Position numbers and translations under genes: made by a program
Shown here: positions 1 to 64,000 of the stretch, piece by piece
Layout: each line of letters starts with the position of its first letter
Numbering within the stretch: the first letter of the stretch is position 1
DNA from: Mustelus asterias
Taxonomy: Eukaryota
Length of the DNA: 64,000 nt
Assembly: GCF_964213995.1 (NCBI RefSeq)
Contig: NC_135820.1
Span: forward strand, 61,628,001-61,692,000
Direction of reading: 5' to 3'
The notes under the pieces: generated by a model
The model's database searches: none
Told to the model about the DNA's origin: nothing
What the model saw: only the letters and a program-made list of their open reading frames with translations

Positions 1-675
1 TCAGCTTTTGTTTGTTTTGTAACTTTTTTTTGTATGTGCCACTCACATTTTTCTTTAAATGCTTTTCTAAATTGGAAAACAAATTATGATACATACTCCA
101 AAGTGACATTTCAAGCTTTGGGAAGTAATTATCAAAACCGATTCTCCAAGTGAGATGTTTTATTGATAACTTTTTAACCCATGTAGGTAATCTTTGCAGT
201 ATTTAAGGAATACAGTTGAGAAAGATTAATTGCATACATGCACTATTCAAACCAAACAAGGATGAATCAGTATGACAGCCGAGAGTTTTACAATGTATTA
301 GTTAAACTAGTAAAATGGTACTCCAAATGGCTCCAGTAGAATTATAAACACTTGGCATGGAACTAAAATATCAAGTAATTATCGCCACATTAGCAGGCAA
401 ATACTTGCCATCCTCATATGACATTTCCTTACTCCCTAATTTAATCAACATAAATGGCTTAAAGTCTGTTCTGAAATTGAAAGGGTATTACCCTGTGAAG
501 TAGCTGATTTCCCACTAATATAAGCAACAGTAAACATCATATGTTTGTTAAAGAGTTGAACAAAGCTGGAATATCATTTGCTCACAACCTAAGCAATGAT
601 GCTGATAACCTTTACAGGTAAAAACGGCTGAAATTTAAGTGCATCACCTTGCTTTTTCGGACTAATTGTGGCCAG

Positions 676-985
676 GGCAGCATGGTGGCACAGTGGTTAG
701 CACTGCTGCCTCACAGCGCCAAGGACCTGGGTTCGATTCCCGGCTTGGGTCACTGTCTGTGTGGAGTTTGCACGTTCTCCCAGTGTCTGCATGGATTTCC
801 TCTAGGTGCTCCGGTTTCCTCCCACAGTCTGAAAGACGTGCTGGTTAGGTGCATTGGCCATGCTAAATTCTCCCTCAGTGTACCTGAACAGGCGCCAGAG
901 TGTGGCGACTCGGGGATTTTCACAGTAACTTCATTGCAGTGTTAATGTAAGCCTACTTGTGACTAATAAATAAACTTTACTTTTA
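676..985 (+). mobile_element. tRNA-derived V-SINE, 'tail B' subfamily
   Basis: A box TGGCACAGTGG, B box GGTTCGATTCC, V-domain GGTTTCCTCCCACAG, tail ...GCCTACTTGTGACTAATAAATAAACTTTA. Confidence 0.85.
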
Positions 986-1355
986 AAAGGTAGTCAGCAA
1001 ATAATGACGTCAGGATTAAAGTCCCATAATATGTGCAAATTTTAAATGCGAGGAGATGTGATGATAAAAAAGTGAAGTTCACTCCAGCTGTCCACATGTC
1101 TCAACAAGGCAAAATACTTTTAATGGATTGATACCAAATGTAAACTCATAAACAATTAGAAAAGTTACATTCTGATTTTCTTCATGTAAGGCTTTGCATA
1201 ACTGCCTTTTACACATATACAAAATACATCACATTTTCTTTAGATCGGTCACTTGTAATTAAATTAATACATGGCTTGTTCAATGATTCAAAACAGCAAT
1301 GCAACCAAATATAATTTAAAAGCATTTTTATCTGTACAGCAATATTTCCACAACT

Positions 1356-1361
1356 TTTATT
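1356..1361 (-). terminator. Candidate polyadenylation signal of L3MBTL1
   Basis: AATAAA on the minus strand ~340 nt after the stop; another at 159-164. Usage unknown. Confidence 0.35.
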
Positions 1362-1701
1362 TTAAAAATGACTAATCGTTTCAATAAATTACATTTAAAA
1401 TGCAAATTGTCACAGTTAAAAACCTTTCACATAATACCTCACTGGGTTTCATAAATGGGAATAAAATCCAAGTAGTCAATCACAGACCAAGAGATAAGTC
1501 AAGCAACGTTTGTAACTTCACGTACATATTGTCAACTACTTATGCAACATGTTTTGTTCAAATTTCTTGCCATTTAGCACAAATTTACCAGTGTAAAAGA
1601 AACAAAACCAGAAATGACTAACAAAACACAATTCTTAGTTCTTTTGAAGAAGTTTCATTTTGTTCCCACAGGATAGCGTTGCTCTTAAATTAACAGGAAT
1701 A

Positions 1702-57611
<55,910 letters not shown>

Positions 57612-58762
57612 TCTAATAACGCTTCACCAGCTGAGTGTGGCTGACTCTGAATTGAAGTTTGCAAAAAACAACAACAATCAGTCTTGCTCACAAGGTCACG
57701 AGTTGGGAGCCGGTTGGCTCTTTGTTCAAAGCTTGCTGTGAATAATTGATTTTATCGACAGCGTTAAAAGCCAGTGTGTCTGAAGATTTCAAGAATTCCA
57801 GATTACGCCAAAAGTAGCGGGTTCTGCTCAGTATTTACAGGAACTCTTTGTGGATCATCACCATTTGCAAAAGACAAGAACTGGGAAAGGGTTTCAATTT
57901 GTTATAAGATGAAAAGTGGAAAGTTGTGGAAATAGTCAGCAGGCCTGGCAGCACCTGGAGAGAGTGAGTAACGGAGTCATGACGGTTAACCGCCCAGCAG
58001 CATGGAGGCCTGCTTTGGTGGTTGTTGGTCAGGGGATTTTTTTAAGAATGGTGCTTCAAGTGGTTGATCTGACACATTCAGACCTCCAACCGATCATGCT
58101 GGAGACAGGTGAGCAACAACAGCAGCCAGAAGCCAATTCGTACTAATTCTCTAGCCAACTGGAGCAATATTGAGGATGTCTACTGGGATCTTACAGGCAG
58201 AAGACAAGCCCCAGGCTCCAAGCAAATCTCAGCAGGTTGTTGGAGGTGGACTCCTTGCGGAAGGCTGGGCCCTCTGTATTTCAACCCCCTATTTACCTCC
58301 CACAACCCGGGTAGCATTCCCCTTCACAATGTTTGTCTGACAGCTGTGGCCAAGCATCATCTTAAATAGCTTGCAATTCTTCAAAGGGCATTGCCACCTC
58401 CAGTGAGTTGCCAGCAGGACAATACTGCAGGCCCTTCCCATGCTTCAGTAAGGTGCCTGTCCCACCTGCTATCTTGAATTGGAAGGTGTTCCCAGAGGAA
58501 GCCTCTTACTTGGCTGCCTCTGATAAGATTGTGCAAGAGGGCGGCCATGGAAAGCCAGCGGCTCACGATCACTTTGGCCATGCCCTCTGAAAATCCCTGA
58601 AGATGGTAACGTTCTGTCTGTCTACACTGTTTCACTATGATTGTTGGGAATCTCAGCCGCTCACTCACTTACCCTCCGTTGTGATCCAACAAATTCATTG
58701 GTATTTTCATCAGGGATTCATAAAGGGAATATTGCATTGAGAGTACTGATTCATGGTGCAGT

Positions 58763-59075
58763 TCATAGAATCCCTATAGTGCACAAGGAGGCCATTTGAC
58801 CCATTGAGTGTGCACCGACCACAATCCTGCCCAGGTTCTATTCCCGTGACCCCATATATTTACTCTGCTAATCCCCTGACACTAAGGGGCAATTTGGCAT
58901 GGCCATTCAACCTAACCCGCATATCTTTGAAGGAGGGAGGAAACCAGAGCACTTGGAGGAAACCCATGCAGACACGGGGAGAATGTGCAAATTCCACACA
59001 GTCAGCGACCCGAAGCCAGAATTGAACCGGGGCCCGTGGTGCTGTGAGGCAGCAGTGCTAACCACTGTGCCACCA
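58763..59075 (-). mobile_element. HE1-like V-SINE
   Basis: Full copy. Confidence 0.8.
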
Positions 59076-59729
59076 TTTCTCAACAACTTTCCAGTACCTG
59101 GGGTGACCATTCTCCTTGTGTCAGCCAAGGCAGGTAGGTTAATTGGGACACCACCAGGACATCATTTTTCAACACAGGTCACTGCATGACAATCAGAAAT
59201 GGGAATCTTGGGAATATATTTTAGATATATATATTAGATTGAGACTTAAGTTTTATTTTACTTAGAATAAGGAATGAGATAAGGGAAGCAGGTCTTGAAC
59301 TATTGTAAGGAGTATATTATAGAAGTAGATCATACAACCTACTCCACCATTGAATATTCAGCTTCAATTCCACTTTCCCACCAGCCCCCCATATCCCTTG
59401 ATTCCCTGACAGACCAACAATCTGTCTATTTCAGCCTTAAATACATTCAAATATATTCAATTACTTGATTTATTGCTTGGTTTATTTGGACTTTCAGAAA
59501 GCTTTCGACAAAGTCCCACATAAGAGATTGGGAAAATTCTAAAATTAAAGTGCATGGGATTGGGGGTAGTGTATTGAGATGGATAGATAACTGGTTGGCA
59601 GACAGGAAACAAAGAGTAGGAATAAATGGGTCATTTTTAGAATCGCAGTAGTGACTGGTGGGATTACACAGTAAGAAGTTTAACAACACCAGGTTAAAGT
59701 CCAACAGGTTTATTTGGTAGCAAAAGCCA

Positions 59730-59766
59730 CACAAGCTTTCGAAGCTCTAAGCCCCTTCTTCAGGTG
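59730..59766 (-). ncRNA. Minimal hammerhead ribozyme motif
   Basis: Reverse complement of 60183-60219. Confidence 0.7.
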
Positions 59767-60182
59767 AGTGGGAATTCTGTTCACAAACAGAGCTTATAAA
59801 GACACAGACTCAATTTACATGAATAATGGTTGGAATGCGAATACTTACAACTAATCAAGTCTTTAAGAAACAAAACAATGGGAGTGGAGAGAGCATCAAG
59901 ACAGGCGAAAAAGATGTGTATTGTCTCCAGACAAGACAGCCAGTGGCTGTCTTGTCTGGAGACAATACACATCTTTTTAGCCTGTCTTGATGCTCTCTCC
60001 ACTCACTGGCTGTCTTGTCTGGAGACAATACACATCTTTTTAGCCTGTCTTGATGCTCTCTCCACTCCCATTGTTTTGTTTCTTAAAGACTTGATTAGTT
60101 GTAAGTATTCGCATTCCAACCATTATTCATGTAAATTGAGTCTGTGTCTTTATAAGCTCTGTTTGTGAACAGAATTCCCACT

Positions 60183-60219
60183 CACCTGAAGAAGGGGCTT
60201 AGAGCTTCGAAAGCTTGTG
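60183..60219 (+). ncRNA. Minimal hammerhead ribozyme motif
   Basis: CAC-CTGAAGA-A-GGGGCT/TAG/AGCTTC-GAAA-GC-TT-GTG: stem I CAC:GTG, stem II with G-U pairs. Confidence 0.7.
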
Positions 60220-61167
60220 TGGCTTTTGCTACCAAATAAACCTGTTGGACTTTAACCTGGTGTTGTTAAACTTCTTACTGTGTTTACCCCAGTCCAACGC
60301 CGGCATCTCCACATGGTGGGATTACCACAGGGATCAGGACTAGAACCCCAGCTATTCACTATATATATTAATGATTTAGATGAGGGAACTAAATGTAATA
60401 TCTCCAAATTTGCACATGACACAAAGCTGGGTGGGAGGGTGAGCTGTGAAGAGGATGCAGAGATCTTTCACTGTGATTTGGACAGGCTGAGTGAGTAGAC
60501 AAATGCTTGGCTGATGCAGTATAATGTGGATAAATGTGAGGTTATCCACTTTGGTAGCAAAAACAGGAAGGTAGATTATCTGAATGGCAATAAATTAGGA
60601 GAGGGGAATGTGCAAATTGACATGGGTGCCCTCAAACACCAGTCACTGAAGGTAAGCATGCAGTAAGAAGGCAAATGGTATGTTGGTCTTCATAGCAAGA
60701 GGATTCAAGTACAAGAACAGGGATGTCTTGCTGCAATTGTATAGGGTGTTAGTGAGGCCACGTCTCGAGTATTGGGTGCAGTTCTGGTGTCCTTATCTGA
60801 GGAAGGATGTCCTTGCTCTAGAGGGAGTGCAGTGAAGGTTTACCAGGCTGATTCCTGGGATGGTAGGACTGATGTATGAGGAGAGACTGAGTCAGTTAGG
60901 ATTCTATTTGCTGGAGTTCAGAAGAACGAGAAGGGATCTCATAGAAACCTATAAAATTCTAACAGGATTAGATAGTGTGGATGCAGGATAGATATTTCCA
61001 ATGGTGGTGTAGACCAGAACCAGGGGTCATAGTGTAAGGATATGGAGTAAACCTTTTAGGACAGAGATGAGGAGAAATTTCTTCATCCAGAGTGGTCCAG
61101 AATTTGCTACCACAGAAAGTAGTTGAAGCCAAAACATTGTATATTTTCAAGAAGGTGTTGGATATAT

Positions 61168-61452
61168 GGACAGCATGGTGGTACAATGGTTAGCACTGCT
61201 GCCTCACAGTGCCAGGGACCTGGGGTTTGATTCCCAGCTTGGGTCACTGTCTGTGTGGAGTTTGCACGTTGTCCCATGTCTGTGCGGATTTCCTCCGGAT
61301 GCTCCGGTTTCCTCCCACAGTCTGAAAGACATGCTGGTTAGGCGCATTGACCCGAACAGTCGCCGGAGTGTGGCGACTAGGAGAATTTCACAGTAACTTC
61401 ATTGTAGTGTTAGTCTAAGCCTGACTTGTGACTAATAAATAAACTTCTAACT
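61168..61452 (+). mobile_element. V-SINE tail B with the same internal deletion as 7222-7484
   Basis: GCGCATTGACCCGAACAG junction. Confidence 0.78.
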
Positions 61453-61599
61453 TTGATATCACACTTGGATCAAAGAATATGGGGGGGGAAAGATGGGAAA
61501 AGCTATTGAGTTGGATAATCAGCCATGATCATAATGAATGGTGGAGCAGGCTCGAACAATTGAATGGCCTTCTCCTGCGCCCAATTTCTATAACAAACT

Positions 61600-62130
61600 T
61601 ACAAATGCTGCCTGAACTGCTGAATATTTCCAGCATTTTTGGCTTATTATTTCAGATTTCCAATGTTCAACGTATTTTGCTTTTGTTTCAATTGTTACAA
61701 CTGCAGGAAACTACTGGGAGTTCAGCCCATGCAATATTCAACACACGCACAGAGAATGCTGGAAAAACTCAGCAGGTCTGGCAGCACCTGTAGGGGGAGA
61801 AAACAGAGTTAACGTTTTGAGTCAGAATGACTCTTCAGAACTAAGAGAGAGAGAAGTGTTGAATTATATACCGTATAAGAGGAGATGGAACAGCTGGAAC
61901 AGAGTAGAACGTCCATGATTAGTGGGAGTTGGGAGAGATTGCAACAAAGATGTCGCAAAACCTAAGAACAAGTGACAGATAACCCAGTGAGGGAGGGTTT
62001 TTGCATTGGGACAAAAAATGTTTGGGGTATTAAAAAAGGATCAGATGGAGGAGAAAGGTCACAGTCTGAAGTTGTTAAACTCAATGTTGATTCCTGAAGA
62101 CTGTAACATCATAATCGGAAGATGATCAGA
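61600..62130 (-). mobile_element. Second, older Penelope-like family: 3' end with ORF C-terminus relic, degenerate hammerhead (61807-61842) and inverted terminal copy (~61600-61670)
   Basis: Minus strand reads IFRL..LQSSGINIEFNNFRL* with a frameshift, resembling PLE GIY-YIG ORF ends, then AGTT-CTGAAGA-GTCA/TTC/TGAC-TCAAAACGTT-AACT. GATGCTGCC..CTGCTGA..TTTCCAGCA occurs in both orientations. Confidence 0.6.
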
Positions 62131-62472
62131 CAGTATTCAACACAATTTTGATCCAAGTCGGAAATAACTGTGGAAATGTTTCAAAATAGCACCTGAAAAT
62201 GACAATGAGTGATTGGGAAGCTTATAAATATAGGACACCAAAAGAAGGAAAGATTAACCTGTAAGATGAGGAATTGCATGAATTATGTGAAGTAAATCCA
62301 GTAAAAAAGTAATGTACTTCTTCCAAGTTAGTCCACCATTCACTGCTCACAGTCGATAGCAAATGCAGTCTGGATGATTGTTTTGTGAACATCTCTCTTC
62401 AGTCTAAATCATTCTGTTCTAGTTCAAACTTTTCTAGTCCAAACCTCAACCTCCATCACCTAGAAGGACAAG

Positions 62473-62718
62473 TAAGAAGTCTCATAACACCAGGTTAATT
62501 TGGAATCACGAGCTTTTGGAGCAGTGCTCCTTCATCAGGTGAGTGGAGAGGTAGGTTTCACAAACACAGCATATATAGACAAAGACACAATTGCAAGATA
62601 ATGGTTGGAATGTGAGTCTTTCAGATAATCAAGTCTTTACAGACAGTGCGAGTGGAGAGAGGGATAATCATAGGTTAAAGAGCTGTGAATTGTCTCAAGC
62701 TCATGATCTCCACATCAC
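62473..62718 (-). mobile_element. Penelope-like pLTR fragment with a degenerate hammerhead (62507-62541) and inverted tail remnant ATCTCCACATCA
   Basis: Homologous to 59670-59945; TSD AGAAGGACAAG at 62462-62472 / 62719-62729. Confidence 0.72.
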
Positions 62719-63084
62719 AGAAGGACAAGGGCAGCAAATGGATGAAAACATCAGCTCCTGCGAATTTCCCCCCAGGCCACATACCATTCTGATTTGGCAC
62801 CATATTGGCACTCCTTCACTGTCGCTGGGTCAAGATCCTGAAACACCCTCCTTAACAACACTGTGGATGTAACTACACCACGTGGACTGCAGTGGTTCAA
62901 GAAAGTGGCTCACCAGCACCTTCACAAGGGCAATGAGAGATGGGCAATAATGCTGAATGAATCTAGCCAACGATGCCCATGTCCCGTGAAAGAAAAAAGA
63001 ATGTCACAGAGACTCAGATTGATTGCCACTTTAATTCTCCATCCAACTCCCACTCTCACCCAACTACTTTCCACTGTTTGAGTC

Positions 63085-63640
63085 AGCCACGGCTCAGGAC
63101 AGCAATCTCACCTCTCAGACGGTTGTGGGTTCAAGATCCATACAAGAGACTTGAATGCAAGAAAAGACATTTTGTTCAAATTAGTCACAAAGGCATCCAG
63201 ACTTTGAATAATATAGAACCTCAAAATTTACCTCAGTTTATCGTTACAATGCTATTGTAGCCCAGATACTATTCCCTCAACAGCATTTATGACCTCATCA
63301 TTGGGAACCATTCTGTTTAAAGCACAAAACTTTAAGCTGACACCCAGTGGAGTACTGAGGGAGTGCTGCTCTGTCAAAGGTGCTGTCTTTCTGATGAGAC
63401 ATTAAATCAATGTTCCACCCACCTCTCAGGCAGTACTTTCCAGTGTCCTGGCTAATGTTTATCGCTCAGTCAATATTACAGATTATTTAGTCAGTGTGAC
63501 ATTGCTGTTTGTGGGAGCTTGCTATGCACATATTGGCTGCTGTGCTTCCCACATTACACTTGAAAATTATTTAATTGGCTGTAAAGTGTATTAGGATATC
63601 CTAGTCATGAAAGGTGCTATATAAATGCAAATCTTTCTTT
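63085..63640 (+). mobile_element. DeuSINE (SacSINE1/AmnSINE1-like)
   Basis: GTACTGAGGGAGTGCTGC..GGTGCTGTCTTT..GATGAGACATTAAA..ATTGCTGTTTGTGGGAGCTTGCT..TTGGCTGC..GAAAGGTGCTATATAAATGCAAATCTTTC; head GGTTGTGGGTTCAAG at ~63120. Confidence 0.7.
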
Positions 63641-64000
63641 TCACCAATGCCACACAATGTGAGCTCAAGGGATATCATCTCATCTTTCAACTGAGCCATT
63701 TACACCCTCTGGCCTTCACACATTAACAACTTTGGATCTTACTCACTGCTCCAATTTTCTCTGAGACAGCATATGCTAATGGAGGTTGGTTGCTCCTGCG
63801 CCACTAAGGATTGGAAGAAACGTTGCCTGGTATTTGCAGTGGATGAATCCGATAGATACATTTCCAGCAGAGTTCACTCATGGAATTTATCTGCCTTTTT
63901 TTTAAAACCAGAACCCTTGGCCATCAAAGACTTCCTCTGCCAGATTTGCCATGTTTCCCTCCGCCAGTGTTTTTAAATTCATTTTGGGGATGTGGGCGTC

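Larger units (their letters stand above)
59668..60313. mobile_element. Penelope-like palindromic insertion with 280-bp arms, inside a CR1 LINE
   Basis: Arms 59666-59945 / 60004-60283 (one mismatch seen); 3' tail ...CCCCAGTCCAACGCCGGCATCTCCACA; 12-bp TSD TGGTGGGATTAC at 59656-59667 and 60314-60325. Confidence 0.85.
59470..61165 (+). mobile_element. CR1 LINE fragment interrupted by the PLE palindrome
   Basis: 'YLDFQKAFDKVPH' before the insertion and 'GLPQGS..LFTIYINDL..SKFAHDTKLGG' after it. Confidence 0.85.

Noticed and set aside
676-750. tRNA gene
   Set aside because: A/B boxes run directly into the SINE body and no complete cloverleaf is present; the same applies to 52370-52458.
649-945. 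Many recurrent short ORFs of the type MVAQWLALLPHSARD... / ...GGTVVSTAASQRQG...
   Set aside because: They are translations of V-SINE copies, not a gene family.
59781-60168. ORFs on both strands with identical peptides and an internal repeat
   Set aside because: Artefact of the palindromic PLE insertion and its central duplication.

Overview
Vertebrate genomic DNA, almost certainly from a shark or ray, judged from HE1-type V-SINEs, HER1/CR1 LINEs and a SacSINE1-like DeuSINE. One protein-coding gene spans most of the window on the minus strand: an L3MBTL1 orthologue. I reconstructed it by hand as 21 coding exons from ATG at 57611 to TGA at 1702. All junctions are GT-AG and phase-compatible, giving 2604 nt or about 867 aa: FCS-type zinc finger, three MBT repeats, a CCHHC (C2HC) zinc finger and a SAM domain. 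The introns are dense with CR1, L2/CR1-like and Rex1/Babar LINE fragments, several SINE families, small TIR elements (MITE-like) and solo LTRs. The most striking unannotated structure is a family of six short Penelope-like (PLE) insertions with 10-12 bp target-site duplications. Most are tail-to-tail palindromes, and five carry a minimal hammerhead-ribozyme motif whose stems co-vary between copies. The two youngest (54663-54918 and 59668-60313) are near-perfect 94-bp and 280-bp hairpins with an intact hammerhead core on both strands. Repeat boundaries are approximate unless a TSD is quoted. Family names come from recognition, not database searches.
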